A stretch of DNA of 63,733 nt from Chloroflexota bacterium. GTDB taxonomy: Bacteria > Chloroflexota > Limnocylindria > Limnocylindrales > CSP1-4. The notes under the pieces were generated by a model. That model was not told the DNA's origin, did not search any database, and saw nothing but the letters and a program-made list of their open reading frames with translations. The stretch covers positions 1 to 63,733 of the forward strand of contig JAKAJU010000172.1 of NCBI GenBank assembly GCA_021813655.1, given 5' to 3'. This document shows positions 8,758 through 19,562 of this stretch, piece after piece. The position numbers were made by a program, and so were the translations under genes. Position 1 is the stretch's first letter; the number at the start of each line of letters is the position of its first letter.

Positions 8758-10479
8758 ATGACCGATGAGATCGCGATCGCCGCGGCCACCACGGACCCCG
8801 CCGCAGCACGTCGCGCGGACCTCGCGGCGCTCGCGAGCGAGGCGTGGGACGTCGTCGTCGTGGGCGGCGGCGTCACCGGGGCGGGGATCCTGCTCGACGC
8901 CGTCTCGCGCGGGCTTCGCGCGGCGCTCGTCGAGCAGAGCGACATCGCGGCGGGGACCTCCAGCCGGTCCTCCCGCCTCATCCACGGCGGTCTTCGATAC
9001 CTCGAGCAGTTCCACGTGGGACTCGTCCGCGAGGCCCTGTCGGAGCGTGCCCGCCTGCTCGACCTCGCGCCGCACCTCGTCTCGCTCCGGCCGTTCGTCT
9101 TCCCCCTCTACGGACCGCCGTTCGCCACGCGGGCGTTCTATGGCGCGGGCATCGGCTTCTACGACGCCCTCGGGTCGGCGCGGAAGGGCGGCGTGTCGCG
9201 CCACCTCGGCGTGCGGGCGACGCTCGAGCTCGCGCCGCCGCTCCGCCGCGAGGGGCTCCGCGGGTCGATCGTGTACCACGACGGCGCGGAGGACGACGCG
9301 CGCTATGTGCTCGCCGTCGCCCGCACGGCCGCGGGCCTGGGCGGCCTTCCGGTGACGCGCGTCCGCGCGGACGGCCTCGTCCTCGAAGGTGGCCGCGCGA
9401 CCGGCATCGTCGCGCACGACCTCGTCGGCGGCGACGACCTGCGGGTCCGTGCTCGCCACGTGATCGACGCCACCGGGGTCTGGGCCGCGCGCCCGGAGAG
9501 CCCGTTCGGGGGTGCCCGGATGATCCCGAGCCTCGGGTCCCACATCCTGGTACCGCGCGAGCGGATCCCCGTCAAGCACGGGATGACCCTGCGGATCCCC
9601 GGCAAGGTGGCGTTCCTCGTGCCGTGGCCCGAGTTCTGGGTGATCGGGACGACCGACGCCCCGTACGACGGGAAGCCGGACCACCCGTCGGCGAGCCGCG
9701 CCGAGGTGGATCGGCTCGTCGAGATCGTCAACGCGGCCCTCGCGGTCGACCTCACGGTGGATGACATCGTCGGGACGTACGCCGGCCTCCGCCCGCTCGT
9801 CGGCGATGCCGAGGGCGGCGGGACGGTCAAGGTCTCGCGGGAGCACCGGGTGAGCATCGACAGGACCGGCCTCGTCCGGATCGGCGGCGGCAAGTACACG
9901 ACGTACCGGCTCATGGCCCGCGACGCGGTCGATGCCGCGCTCGGATCGGACGCGGCGCGACGGCCGTCGGCGACGGCGGACCTCCCACTCGTCGGGGCAG
10001 CGTCGCGGGCTGTCCTCTCCGGGCTCGCGGACCGGATCGCGCAGGACGCCGGGCTCACGGCGGACCAGGCCACGCGTCTCACGCGGCGTCACGGGACGGA
10101 GGCGATGGCGGTCGTCGAGCTCGGCCGGCGGCGGGACCTCCTGCGGCCGCTCGTGCCCGGCCGGCCCTTCCTCGAGGCCGAGGTGGTCTGGGCCGCGCAC
10201 CGCGAGATGGCGCTCTCCCTGGACGACGTCCTCGCCCGCCGTTTCCGCCTTGCCATGGAGCTGCGGGACCGCGGCGCGTCGATCGCGCCGCGCGTGGCGG
10301 ACCTGCTCGGCGCGGAGCTCGGGTGGGACGCAGCCCGCCGTGCGCGCGAGATCGCCGCGTACCTCGACAACGCCCGACGCGAGTACGCGGTGCCCGGCGT
10401 TGAGGCCAGCGTGGCGGCGGAGCCGGCGGCCGCGCCGGCAGCCGCGGACCCGGGGGCGCCGACCTTCTCGGAGGCCTGA
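8758..10479 (+). CDS. glpD: FAD-dependent glycerol-3-phosphate dehydrogenase
   Basis: [54 protein letters not shown] is a typical GlpD N-terminus. In-frame ATG at 8758; the track start at 8557 was rejected. Confidence 0.9.
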   Translation: MTDEIAIAAATTDPAAARRADLAALASEAWDVVVVGGGVTGAGILLDAVSRGLRAALVEQSDIAAGTSSRSSRLIHGGLRYLEQFHVGLVREALSERARLLDLAPHLVSLRPFVFPLYGPPFATRAFYGAGIGFYDALGSARKGGVSRHLGVRATLELAPPLRREGLRGSIVYHDGAEDDARYVLAVARTAAGLGGLPVTRVRADGLVLEGGRATGIVAHDLVGGDDLRVRARHVIDATGVWAARPESPFGGARMIPSLGSHILVPRERIPVKHGMTLRIPGKVAFLVPWPEFWVIGTTDAPYDGKPDHPSASRAEVDRLVEIVNAALAVDLTVDDIVGTYAGLRPLVGDAEGGGTVKVSREHRVSIDRTGLVRIGGGKYTTYRLMARDAVDAALGSDAARRPSATADLPLVGAASRAVLSGLADRIAQDAGLTADQATRLTRRHGTEAMAVVELGRRRDLLRPLVPGRPFLEAEVVWAAHREMALSLDDVLARRFRLAMELRDRGASIAPRVADLLGAELGWDAARRAREIAAYLDNARREYAVPGVEASVAAEPAAAPAAADPGAPTFSEA

Positions 10480-10481
10480 CG

Positions 10482-11987
10482 GTGGCGCGGACGCACGTCC
10501 TCGCGCTCGACCAGGGGACGACGTCGTCGCGGGCGATCGTCTTCGACCGTGACGGGATGCCGTTCGGCTCCGCGCAGCACGAGTTCCCGCAGGCCTACCC
10601 ATCCCCCGGGCACGTCACGCACGACCCGGAGGCGATCTGGTCCTCGCAGCTGCGCTCGGCCCGCGAGGCGATCGCCGCCTCCGGGATCCACGCGCCCGAC
10701 CTCGCGGCGATCGGGATCACGAACCAGCGCGAGACAGTGGTCGTCTGGGAGCGCGCGACCGGCCGCCCCGTCGCCGACGCGATCGTGTGGCAGAGCCGGA
10801 TCACGGCACCGCACACGGACCGGCTCCGGGCGGAGGGTCACGAACCGCTGTTCCGCGCGCGGACCGGCCTTCCGCTCGACGCCTACTTCAGCGGCCCGAA
10901 GATCGCGCACATCCTCGACGCCGAGCCCGGGCTCCGGGCCCGCGCCGAGCGCGGCGAGCTCGCGGCAGGGACGATCGACTCATTCCTCATCTGGCGGCTC
11001 ACGGGCGGCCGGGTCCACGCCACGGACGTGAGCAACGCGAGCCGGACTCTCCTCTTCGACATCCATCGGCTCGACTGGGACGACGAGCTCTGCAAGATCG
11101 TCGGGGTCCCGCGTGCGCTCCTTCCCGACGTCCGGCCGACCTCGGGCGTGTTCGGCGAGACAGAGCCATCGCTCCTCGGCGCGGCCGTGCCGATCGCGGC
11201 GGCCGTCGGCGACCAGCAGGGCGCGCTCTTCGGCCAGGGCTGCCTCGCCGCAGGGCGGGCCAAGAACACGTACGGGACCGGGGCGTTCCTCCTCCTCAAC
11301 ACGGGCGGGGCGCCCATCGCATCGGAGCACGGCCTCCTCTCCACCGTCGCGTGGCAGCTCGGCCCCGGTGGGCCCGTCTCGTACGCCCTCGAAGGCGCCG
11401 TCTTCGTCGCGGGCGCGGCTGTCCAGTGGTTCCGCGACGGCCTGCGCGCGATCGACCGCGCGGGGGACATCGAGGCGCTCGCGGAGGAGGTCGAGGACAC
11501 CCAGGGCGTGTACCTCGTTCCCGCGTTCGTCGGCCTCGGTGCGCCGTACTGGGACGCCGCGGCCCGCGGGACCATCGTCGGCCTCACGCGCGGGACCACG
11601 ATCGCCCACCTCGCACGGGCCACGATCGACTCGATCGCCTACCAGGTCTTCGACGTCCTCGAGGCGATGGAGGCCGACGCCGGCACGCGCCTGGACGTGG
11701 TGCGCGTCGACGGCGGGGCCGCGGTGAACGACCGCCTCCTCCAGCTCCAGGCCGATCTCGTCGGCGTCCCCGTCGAGCGGCCGGTCGTGACCGAGACGAC
11801 GGCGCTCGGTGCCGCGCTCCTCGCGGGGATCGCGACGGGCGTCTGGAAGGACGCGGACGCGGCGACGTCCACCTGGCGCCTCGACGAGCGGTTCGAGCCG
11901 CGGATGCCGGCCGAGGAACGGGCCCGACGGATGGCCGGCTGGCGCCGGGCCGTCGAGCGGTCACGAGGCTGGGCGGCGGACGACTGA
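10482..11987 (+). CDS. glpK: glycerol kinase
   Basis: [19 protein letters not shown]..., [14 protein letters not shown] and the FGGY kinase C-terminal motifs are present. It starts 3 nt after the glpD stop. Confidence 0.95.
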   Translation: MARTHVLALDQGTTSSRAIVFDRDGMPFGSAQHEFPQAYPSPGHVTHDPEAIWSSQLRSAREAIAASGIHAPDLAAIGITNQRETVVVWERATGRPVADAIVWQSRITAPHTDRLRAEGHEPLFRARTGLPLDAYFSGPKIAHILDAEPGLRARAERGELAAGTIDSFLIWRLTGGRVHATDVSNASRTLLFDIHRLDWDDELCKIVGVPRALLPDVRPTSGVFGETEPSLLGAAVPIAAAVGDQQGALFGQGCLAAGRAKNTYGTGAFLLLNTGGAPIASEHGLLSTVAWQLGPGGPVSYALEGAVFVAGAAVQWFRDGLRAIDRAGDIEALAEEVEDTQGVYLVPAFVGLGAPYWDAAARGTIVGLTRGTTIAHLARATIDSIAYQVFDVLEAMEADAGTRLDVVRVDGGAAVNDRLLQLQADLVGVPVERPVVTETTALGAALLAGIATGVWKDADAATSTWRLDERFEPRMPAEERARRMAGWRRAVERSRGWAADD

Positions 11988-12009
11988 CGCTCCGCGGACG
12001 CCGGGACCC

Positions 12010-12909
12010 CTACCCCTTGGTGGAGCCCAGCGAGAGGCCCGAGATGAACTGGCGCTGCGCCGCGAAGAAGACGATGAGCGTCGGGATCGCGACGATCACC
12101 GACCCGGCGGCGATGAGGTTGTTGTCCACGAAGAACTGACCCTTGAGGTTGTTCAGCGCGGACGTGATCGGCAGCTTGGACCCGGTGCGCATGAGCAGCA
12201 GCGCCCAGAAGAAGTCGTTGTAGATCCAGGTGAACTCGAGCACGGCGAGCGCGGCGAGCGGAGGCCGCACGAGCGGCATGATCACCTTCCAGTAGATCTG
12301 GAAGGTGTGTGCGCCGTCCACCACCGCCGCCTCGGTCAGCTCCTTCGGGAGCGTCTTCATGTAGTTCGCGAGCACGAAGGTGCAGAAGCCGAGCTGGAAG
12401 GCGACGTGGATGAGGATGATCCCCACGTACTGGTCGTAGAGGAGCCCGTTGTCGCTCAGGGGCTTCGGGAACGGCAGGATCAGGTACATGCGGAAGAGCG
12501 GCGTGATGATGACCTGGGGCGGCAGCAGGTTCCCGGCGGTGAAGAGCATCAGCATCGCCAGGTTGAACCGCCACGAGAACCGGGCGAGCGTGAACGCCGC
12601 CATCGAGGCGAGCAGCAGGGTGAGGATCACCGCCGGCACGACGATGATGATCGTGTTCACGAAGTACCGGATCAGCTCGGCGTCGTTCCAGGCCCTGACG
12701 TAGTTGTCGAAGTTCAGGACGCCCGTGAACGAGACGTACCCATGGGTCGCGGTGTCCGAGTAGGGCCGGAGCGACGTGTAGAGCGCCCAGACGAGCGGGA
12801 GGAGCCAGACCAGCGCCGCCGCCAGGAGGAACGCGTGCAGCGCGACCCGGCGCCACCGGATCCCCTTCCTGTTCAGCGGGACGCCTCCCGGCATCGTCGC
12901 CGCGCTCAT
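12010..12909 (-). CDS. carbohydrate ABC transporter permease
   Basis: Six hydrophobic segments and an EAA-type loop (LTEAAVVDGAHTFQIYWKVIMPL). ATG 12909 overlaps the upstream stop (ATGA). Confidence 0.9.
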   Translation of the reverse strand: MSAATMPGGVPLNRKGIRWRRVALHAFLLAAALVWLLPLVWALYTSLRPYSDTATHGYVSFTGVLNFDNYVRAWNDAELIRYFVNTIIIVVPAVILTLLLASMAAFTLARFSWRFNLAMLMLFTAGNLLPPQVIITPLFRMYLILPFPKPLSDNGLLYDQYVGIILIHVAFQLGFCTFVLANYMKTLPKELTEAAVVDGAHTFQIYWKVIMPLVRPPLAALAVLEFTWIYNDFFWALLLMRTGSKLPITSALNNLKGQFFVDNNLIAAGSVIVAIPTLIVFFAAQRQFISGLSLGSTKG

Positions 12910-13901
12910 TCGCCGATCCCCTTCTGGCTGCGCGTGAGGTAGAGGACGATCGGCCCGACCGAGATCGTGAGGAGCACGACCGCGATCGCGGACCCGAACC
13001 CGACGCGGCTCGCCTCGCCGATGATGTTGTTCGTCACGAGGACGGAGAGCAGCTCCAGGCCGTTGAGCCCCTTGTTGATGATGAAGACGAGGTCGAACGC
13101 GCGGAGCGACTCGATGAGGGTGATGACGAGGATCACGATGTTGATCGGTGCCATCACCGGGAAGACGACGCGGAAGAAGGTCTGGACCTCGTTCGCGCCG
13201 TCCACCTTGGCCGCCTCGCGCAGGGTCGGGTCCACCCCCTTCAGGCCGGCCAGGTACAGGATCATGATGTAGCCGATGTGGCGCCAGCTCGCGAAGACGA
13301 GCACGGCCCACAGGTTCAGGCTCTTGTTCCCCAGCCAGTCGATGAGCTGCTGGCCGTTCTGGCCGGTGGTGCCGAGCAGGTTGTTGATCAAGCCCTGCTC
13401 CGGCGCGTAGAAGAGCTGGGCGATGAAGCCGACGATCGCCAGGGAGAGCACGACCGGGAGGTAGAGCGCGCTCTGGTAGAAGCGCGTGCCCCGCAGGTCC
13501 TTGTCCAGCAGCACCGCGAAGAGCATCCCGATAGGCGTGGCGATGAGGAGGAAGACGCCGAGCCAGATGAGGTTGTGCTGGACGGCCGGCCAGAACGGCT
13601 GGTAGATGCTGACGAGGTCCGAGTAGTTCTTCAGCCCGACGACCTTGATCCTGTCGAGCCCGCCGATCCCGTTCCACGACGTGAACGAGAGGAGGACCGA
13701 GAGGATCGTGGGGACCCAGACGAAGAAGATGTGGATGAAGGCCGGGATCCCCGCCATGAGGGCGAGGATGACCATGTCGCGCCGCGACAGGAGGAGGGGG
13801 CCCCGGCCCTTCCTGCCTGGCGTCACGAGGTCCGTCGCGGTCCCCCCGGTCACCGGGAGCGGGGGGACCTTGACGGACATCTCGGCGACGCGGTCGGTCA
13901 C
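12906..13901 (-). CDS. carbohydrate ABC transporter permease
   Basis: LREAAKVDGANEVQTFFRVVFPV is the EAA loop. The protein is a multi-TM MalF/UgpA-like permease. Confidence 0.9.
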   Translation of the reverse strand: MTDRVAEMSVKVPPLPVTGGTATDLVTPGRKGRGPLLLSRRDMVILALMAGIPAFIHIFFVWVPTILSVLLSFTSWNGIGGLDRIKVVGLKNYSDLVSIYQPFWPAVQHNLIWLGVFLLIATPIGMLFAVLLDKDLRGTRFYQSALYLPVVLSLAIVGFIAQLFYAPEQGLINNLLGTTGQNGQQLIDWLGNKSLNLWAVLVFASWRHIGYIMILYLAGLKGVDPTLREAAKVDGANEVQTFFRVVFPVMAPINIVILVITLIESLRAFDLVFIINKGLNGLELLSVLVTNNIIGEASRVGFGSAIAVVLLTISVGPIVLYLTRSQKGIGE

Positions 13902-13935
13902 CCGAGGATCCTAACCGACGCCTGTCAGCCTGGGA

Positions 13936-15309
13936 TCACAGCGGCGGGAGCGAGTCCCAGAAGGCCTGGATCTTGCCAAGGTAGGCGTCCAGGTCCTGGG
14001 TCGGGTTCCCGAGGAAGTCCTGCAGGAAGCCCTGCATCCCGTTCGGGCCGGCGAAGTCCGGCCGCGTGTCGCGGTCGAGGAACTGGGCGATCCTGTTCGA
14101 CCCGGCGAGGATCGTCTGCATCTGCTTCTGGAAGTCCGTGTAGCCGCTCGTGTCGGCGTTCTTGTTCGCGGCGACGTTGTTGGGGTTGCTCTTGAGGAAG
14201 GTGAGCTCGGCCTCCGGGGACGCGAGGCACACGAGGAGCGCCGTATCAGCCGCTGGGTTCGCATGCGTCTTGCTCAGCATGAGCCCGTCGATCGGGGCGT
14301 CGATCCCCATCTCGGCGTCCCACTCGTTCCCGAAGACCGGGAAGGGGAAGAACGCGAGGTCGTCGTGGATGGCCGGGTCGGGCGCCTGCTCACCGGCGAA
14401 GGTGCCGAGGAAATACATCCCGGCCTTCTTCGTGATCATGGCCTGCGCCGCGTCCTGCCACGTCCGGCCGAGGGCGCCTTCCTGGAAGTACGGCAGGAGC
14501 TCCGCCCACTTCTGGAAGACGGCCTTCACCCGCGGATCGGTCCACTTCTCCTTGCCGGCCATGAGCCCGACGTGGAAGTCGTAGCCGTTCATCCGCATGT
14601 TCAGGATGTCGAACGTGCCCATGGCCGGCCACCCGTCCTTGTCGCCGAACGCGAGCGGGACGAGGCCGTCCGCCTTCATCTTCTTGGCCAGGGCGATGAA
14701 CTCGTCCAGGGTCTTCGGGATCGCGTAGCCCTTGTCCTGGAAGAGGCTCTTCCGGTAGATCACGACCCACGGGTAGTTGTACATCGGGAGGAAGTACTGG
14801 TTCCCGTCCGACGCCGTGGATGCGGTCTTGTACGCGTCGGAGAACTGGTCGCCGACCTTCGCCCAGACGTCGTTCATGTTCGTCGCGAGGCCCTGGTCCG
14901 CGAAGAACTTCATCCGGTAGCCGGCGAACCACGTGAAGATGTCGTCCGGCGTGCCCTGAAGGTACGAGTTGAGCGCATCCTGGAACGCGCCGTGCTCGAC
15001 CGTGTTGATCGTGGTCTTCACGCCGGTCTGCTGCGTGCAGTAGTCCATCATGGCCTGGAACGCGGCCTTCGGGACGGCGTCGGAGAAGGCGGAGCCGATC
15101 GTGGTTGCGCCCCCCTGCGCGGGCGCGGACGCGGACGGCGCCTCGGTCGCCGGTGCCTGCGTCGCGGGGGCCTGCGTCGCTGCCGGAGCCTGGGTCGCCG
15201 GCGCGACGGACGGCGCCGGAGTCGCCGAGCTCGAGCACGCAGCGACCACGAGCGCGACCGCGACGAGCGCTCCCAGGCGCCTTCCCGGCCCGGGGATCGA
15301 CATGGACAT
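13936..15309 (-). CDS. ABC transporter extracellular solute-binding lipoprotein
   Basis: Signal peptide with lipobox VVAAC, then an A/P/T/Q-rich linker and a family-1 solute-binding body. Confidence 0.9.
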   Translation of the reverse strand: MSMSIPGPGRRLGALVAVALVVAACSSSATPAPSVAPATQAPAATQAPATQAPATEAPSASAPAQGGATTIGSAFSDAVPKAAFQAMMDYCTQQTGVKTTINTVEHGAFQDALNSYLQGTPDDIFTWFAGYRMKFFADQGLATNMNDVWAKVGDQFSDAYKTASTASDGNQYFLPMYNYPWVVIYRKSLFQDKGYAIPKTLDEFIALAKKMKADGLVPLAFGDKDGWPAMGTFDILNMRMNGYDFHVGLMAGKEKWTDPRVKAVFQKWAELLPYFQEGALGRTWQDAAQAMITKKAGMYFLGTFAGEQAPDPAIHDDLAFFPFPVFGNEWDAEMGIDAPIDGLMLSKTHANPAADTALLVCLASPEAELTFLKSNPNNVAANKNADTSGYTDFQKQMQTILAGSNRIAQFLDRDTRPDFAGPNGMQGFLQDFLGNPTQDLDAYLGKIQAFWDSLPPL

Positions 15310-15439
15310 GAGACCCTCCTCTGATCAGTCGGGCTTCCAACAGAAACCGACATGAAGGAGTCGATTGTCGGGGCCTCGCTCGGGCAATGTCAAGCCCCGA
15401 ACGCACTTTCGCACGCGTATGGACGTTGACCTGAGTTGT

Positions 15440-15456
15440 AATCTGTCGCAATCTGT
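15440..15456. promoter_or_regulatory. direct repeat AATCTGT-CGC-AATCTGT in the divergent SBP/DeoR intergenic region
   Basis: Seen directly in the sequence. A TTGACC hexamer lies at 15426-15431. Confidence 0.2.
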
Positions 15457-15467
15457 AGGTGTAGCCT

Positions 15468-16337
15468 GTGCAGGGCCGGACACGCGGCCGACCCGCGAAC
15501 AGGCGCAGGCGCAGCAACGCGAGAAGGGGCGGAGGAGTGCTCGCGAGACAACGGCAGGCCTACATCCTCGACCGGCTCGCCGAGGAGGGCGCAGTGAGGG
15601 TCGCCGACCTCGTGCGGGAGCTGGGCGTCTCCGACATGACGGTCCGACGCGACCTCGAGGCGCTCGACGACCTCGGCCTGCTCGAGAAGGTCCACGGCGG
15701 TGCGACGACGGCGTCCGACCGCTCCCTCTTCGAGCCGGGCTTCGCCGTCAAGTCGACGCTGCAGGAGCAGGAGAAGGTCGCGATCGCGACCGCGGCGGCG
15801 CGCCTCGTGGAGCCGGGGAGCGCGATCGCGCTCTCCGCCGGCACGACGACGCACGTGCTCGCGCGTCGTCTGACGGAGGTCCCGGGCCTGACGGTCGTGA
15901 CGAACTCCGTCCCGGTCGCGGACGTCATGTACCGCGGGGGGAGGCACGACCAGACGATCATCCTCACCGGAGGCGTCCGCACGCCGTCCGACGCGCTGGT
16001 GGGCCCGTTCGCCGTGGCGGCGATCCGCACGGTCCACCTCGACCTCGTGTTCATGGGCGTCCACGGGATGGAGGCGCGCACGGGGTTCACGACGCCGAAC
16101 ATCCTCGAGGCGGAGACCGACCGCGCCCTCGTCGAGGCGGGTCGCCGGCTCATCGTGGTCGCCGACCACACGAAGTGGGGGGTCGTCGGCATCAGCTCGT
16201 TCGCGCGGCTCGACCAGGCCGACGTCCTCGTAACCGACGCCGGCCTCGCACCGGAGGCGAGGTCGGAGCTCGCCTCTCATGTGCGCGAGCTCGTGGTCGT
16301 CGACCCGACCGGAGCCTCGGTCGAGGACGTGGCGTGA
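15468..16337 (+). CDS. DeoR family transcriptional regulator
   Basis: RQAYILDRLAEEGAVRVADLVRELGVSDMTVRRDLEALDDLGLLEKVHGGA is the HTH, followed by a DeoR C-terminal sensor domain. An alternative GTG start lies at 15537. Confidence 0.85.
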   Translation: MQGRTRGRPANRRRRSNARRGGGVLARQRQAYILDRLAEEGAVRVADLVRELGVSDMTVRRDLEALDDLGLLEKVHGGATTASDRSLFEPGFAVKSTLQEQEKVAIATAAARLVEPGSAIALSAGTTTHVLARRLTEVPGLTVVTNSVPVADVMYRGGRHDQTIILTGGVRTPSDALVGPFAVAAIRTVHLDLVFMGVHGMEARTGFTTPNILEAETDRALVEAGRRLIVVADHTKWGVVGISSFARLDQADVLVTDAGLAPEARSELASHVRELVVVDPTGASVEDVA

Positions 16338-17407
16338 GGCTCGATCCGTCCCGATCGATCCCCTCGGATCCGCATCGACGGTTCAACCCGCTCACAGGGG
16401 AGTGGGTCCTCGTGTCGGCCGGCAGGCGCCAACGCCCGTGGCTCGGGCGCGCCGAGGCCACCGCTGGCCGCTCCCGACCCGAGTTCGACCCTGGCTGCTA
16501 CCTCTGCCCGGGCAACGCCCGCGCGAACGGCGCGGTCAACCCGGCGTACGACGCCACCTTCGTCTTCGACAACGACTTCGCCGCGCTGCACCCGTCGACG
16601 GACCAGTGGTCGATCGACGACGGGCTTCTCCGGGCCGCGTCCGAGCGTGGCACGTGCCGCGTCATCTGCTTCTCGCCGCGACACGACCTGGATCTCGGCC
16701 ACATGGATCCGGCGGACGCCCGGCGCGTCGTCGACGTGTGGGCCACGCAGAGCGACGAGCTCGGCCGCGACCACCGCTGGGTGCAGGTGTTCGAGAACCG
16801 CGGCGAGCTCATGGGTGCGAGCAACCCGCATCCCCATGGTCAGATCTGGGCGGCCACCTCGATCCCGCGCGAGGGGTCGCGCGAGGACGAGACCCAGCGC
16901 CGCCATCTCACCCTGACGGGTCGCCCGCTCCTGCTCGACTACGCACGGCAGGAGAGCGCCGGACCGCGGGTCATCGAGGAGACCGAGGCGTGGCTGGTCG
17001 TCGTCCCGTTCTGGGCGACCTGGCCGTTCGAGACGCTCGTCGTCGCCCGGCAGCCGACGCAGCGCCTGTCGGACCTCGACGGACCTCGCCGGGACGACCT
17101 CGCGGGACTGCTGACGCGTCTCGTCGCGCGGTACGACGACCTCTTCGGGATCGCGTTCCCCTACTCGATGGGCTGGCACCAGGCGCCGTACGTGCCCGGG
17201 CCGGCCGATCACTGGCAGCTCCACGCGCACTTCTTCCCGCCGCTCCTCCGCTCGACCGTGCGGAAGTTCATGGTCGGCTACGAGCTCCTGTCGGAGGCTC
17301 AGCGCGACATCTCGGCGGAAGACGCGGCAGAGCGCCTGCGGAGGGCGACCGCTCGACGGTCGCGCGAGCGCGCGACTGCTCCGGCGCCCGAGGGTGCACC
17401 GGCCTGA
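16334..17407 (+). CDS. galT: galactose-1-phosphate uridylyltransferase
   Basis: RFNPLTGEWVLVS, CYLCPGN and the HPHGQ active-site motif are present. GTG 16334 overlaps the DeoR stop (GTGA). Confidence 0.9.
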   Translation: MRLDPSRSIPSDPHRRFNPLTGEWVLVSAGRRQRPWLGRAEATAGRSRPEFDPGCYLCPGNARANGAVNPAYDATFVFDNDFAALHPSTDQWSIDDGLLRAASERGTCRVICFSPRHDLDLGHMDPADARRVVDVWATQSDELGRDHRWVQVFENRGELMGASNPHPHGQIWAATSIPREGSREDETQRRHLTLTGRPLLLDYARQESAGPRVIEETEAWLVVVPFWATWPFETLVVARQPTQRLSDLDGPRRDDLAGLLTRLVARYDDLFGIAFPYSMGWHQAPYVPGPADHWQLHAHFFPPLLRSTVRKFMVGYELLSEAQRDISAEDAAERLRRATARRSRERATAPAPEGAPA

Positions 17408-17483
17408 CGCCGGCCCGGCGTTCGGCGCGTCCGCGCGTCGGTCGTCCGCGGAGCCCGCCGTCGGGTCGCTGCGGGTCCCGGCC

Positions 17484-18323
17484 TCACCCGGCCGCCGACT
17501 CCGTCGTCCACGTGTGCGCCGGAACGTAGCCGAGCAGGTCGTGCGCGCGGCGGATGGACAGCAGGGTCTCGCGGCCGGCCACCGCGGTGCGCATCGGGAC
17601 CGCGGGGAAGACCTCCTCCATGAGCGCCGAGCTCGGTCGCGTCATGACGGTGTCCGCGGCCGCCACGATGCAGACCTCCGCGCCGTTCACGTCCGCATCG
17701 AGCGCCAGGCGTGCGGCGAGCGCGACATCGCGTGCGTCCACGTAGCCCCACAGGTTCCACGCGCGCACCCGCGGATCGCCCTGCCACGAGGCAAATCGCG
17801 CGTAATCGTCCGGCTCCATGATGTTCGAGATCCGGAGCCCCACGAAGGGGATCCCCGACCGTCGGGAGAGCTGCGTCGCGAGCGTCTCCCCGACGAGCTT
17901 CGCGAGCGCGTACGACGACTCCGGCCGGGGCGGGGCGGCCTCGTCGACCGGCGCGTAGGGCGGCGGCGTCTCGTCGAAGGGGAGGCCGAGGACGGTCTCG
18001 CTCGACGCCCAGACGACCCGGTCCACCTGCTCGGCGACGGCCGCGGCGAAGACGTTGTACGTGGAGAGCGCGTTGATCCGGAACGTCTCGCTCGCGCCTC
18101 GCAGCCCGGGGGCCGGGATCGCCGCGAGATGGACGACCGCGTCGGCTCCGGCGACGACCTCGCGCGCCTGGCCGGCGTCCGCGAGATCGGCGAGGACGCA
18201 CAGTCCGAAATCGCTGCCGTCGTGAACGACGTCGACGTTCGTGACCTCATGGCCGTGGTCCCGCAGGTCACGGACGACCCACCGGCCGGCCTTCCCGCTC
18301 CCTCCCGTGACGACGACCCGCAT
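17484..18323 (-). CDS. NAD-dependent epimerase/dehydratase family protein
   Basis: MRVVVTGGSGKAGRWVV (Rossmann fold) and SSYALAK (YxxxK) are present. In-frame ATG at 18323; the rest of the track ORF is antisense to the aminotransferase gene. Confidence 0.85.
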   Translation of the reverse strand: MRVVVTGGSGKAGRWVVRDLRDHGHEVTNVDVVHDGSDFGLCVLADLADAGQAREVVAGADAVVHLAAIPAPGLRGASETFRINALSTYNVFAAAVAEQVDRVVWASSETVLGLPFDETPPPYAPVDEAAPPRPESSYALAKLVGETLATQLSRRSGIPFVGLRISNIMEPDDYARFASWQGDPRVRAWNLWGYVDARDVALAARLALDADVNGAEVCIVAAADTVMTRPSSALMEEVFPAVPMRTAVAGRETLLSIRRAHDLLGYVPAHTWTTESAAG

Positions 18324-18425
18324 CGCGCTGCCCTCCCGACGCGCGGCGTGGGGCCGCGACGGAGCGAACGGTAGCCGACCGACGCGGAGTGCGTCCCGGG
18401 CGGCATCGCGGCGTACGCTGGCACG

Positions 18426-19547
18426 ATGCAGATCGCCGACTTCGAGCTGGAACGCTACTTCGCCCGATGGGAGTTCGCCGTCGAGCACCTCCTCTGCGCC
18501 TCGGACGTCGAGGGGTGGGCGATGGCCGACCTTCTCGCGACCGCCGATCCCGAGGCCCGGGCGCTGTGGGACGGCCTTCGGCTCGGGTACACCGAATCGC
18601 TCGGCCACCCCCTCCTTCGCGACGAGATCGCCGGCCTCTACGAGACCGTGGACGCGAGCGGCGTCCTCGTGTTCGCGGGCGCCCAGGAGGCGATCTTCGT
18701 GCTCGCGCACGCGCTGCTCGCGCCGGGTGACCACGCGATCGTCACGTGGCCCGGCTACCAGTCCCTCTACGAGGTCGCCCGGTCGACCGGCGCGGACGTC
18801 ACGCTCCATGAGCTGCGCGAGGCCGAGGGCTGGCGCATCTCCGTGGACGCGATCCGACGGGAGATGCGACCGGAGACGCGACTGGTGGTCGTGAACGCGC
18901 CGCACAACCCGACGGGCATGCTCCCCATGCACGCGGACTGGCGCGCGCTCACGGAGCTCTGCGCGGAGGCCGGCGTCCACCTGGTCTCCGACGAGGTCTA
19001 CCGGTACCTCGAGACGGACCCGGCCGATCGCCTGGTCGCGGGGTGCGACGCGCTCGAGCGGGGCGTCTCGGTCGGCGTGATGTCCAAGTCGTTCGCGATG
19101 GCCGGCCTGCGGATCGGCTGGATCGCGACGCGGGACCGCGACCTCCTCGCGCGGTGTGCGCGCCTCAAGGACTACACGACGATCTGCTCCTCGGCGCCGT
19201 CGGAGATCCTCGCGATCGTGGGGCTGCGGTCGCGGGACGCGGTCATCGAGCGGTCCCGGTCGATCGTCGCGGCCAACGTGGCGCGCTTCGACGCCTTCGT
19301 CGCCGGATCCGCGGGCCGGTTCTCCTGGGTCCGACCGCGCGGCGGCTCGATCGCGTTCCCGCGCCTCGTTGCGGACGAGTCGATCGACGACTTCGCGGCC
19401 GACCTCGTGGCCCGGGAGGGCGTCCTGCTGCTGCCCGGGTCGATCTTCGGCCACCCGGGGAACCACTTCCGGATCGGATTCGGCCGCGATGGCTTCGCCG
19501 AGGGGCTGGAGCGCCTGGCCGCGTTCGCCGAGCGACGGTACGCCTGA
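18426..19547 (+). CDS. class I/II PLP-dependent aminotransferase
   Basis: NAPHNPTG and MSKSFAMAGLRIGW (PLP Lys) motifs. Confidence 0.85.
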   Translation: MQIADFELERYFARWEFAVEHLLCASDVEGWAMADLLATADPEARALWDGLRLGYTESLGHPLLRDEIAGLYETVDASGVLVFAGAQEAIFVLAHALLAPGDHAIVTWPGYQSLYEVARSTGADVTLHELREAEGWRISVDAIRREMRPETRLVVVNAPHNPTGMLPMHADWRALTELCAEAGVHLVSDEVYRYLETDPADRLVAGCDALERGVSVGVMSKSFAMAGLRIGWIATRDRDLLARCARLKDYTTICSSAPSEILAIVGLRSRDAVIERSRSIVAANVARFDAFVAGSAGRFSWVRPRGGSIAFPRLVADESIDDFAADLVAREGVLLLPGSIFGHPGNHFRIGFGRDGFAEGLERLAAFAERRYA

Positions 19548-19562
19548 GGCCCGACGGCGAGG

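Noticed and set aside
8617-10602. 661-aa minus-strand ORF antisense to glpD. Similar long ORFs include 20153..22726+, 44150..47014+, 47293..50043-, 27773..29794+, 36124..38043- (N-terminal part) and 17484..19466- (N-terminal part).
   Set aside because: Their translations are Arg/Pro/Gly/Asp-rich low-complexity sequence with no family motifs. They lie opposite to or out of frame with genes that have clear motifs. This is the typical long spurious ORF of high-GC DNA. Only the recognisable terminal parts were kept where applicable.
15090-15260. Apparent nucleotide tandem repeats (gcctgcgtcgc... units).
   Set aside because: They encode the A/P/T/Q-rich linker (APATQAPATQAPATEAP) after the lipobox of the solute-binding protein. 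This is low-complexity coding sequence, not a repeat element or CRISPR array.
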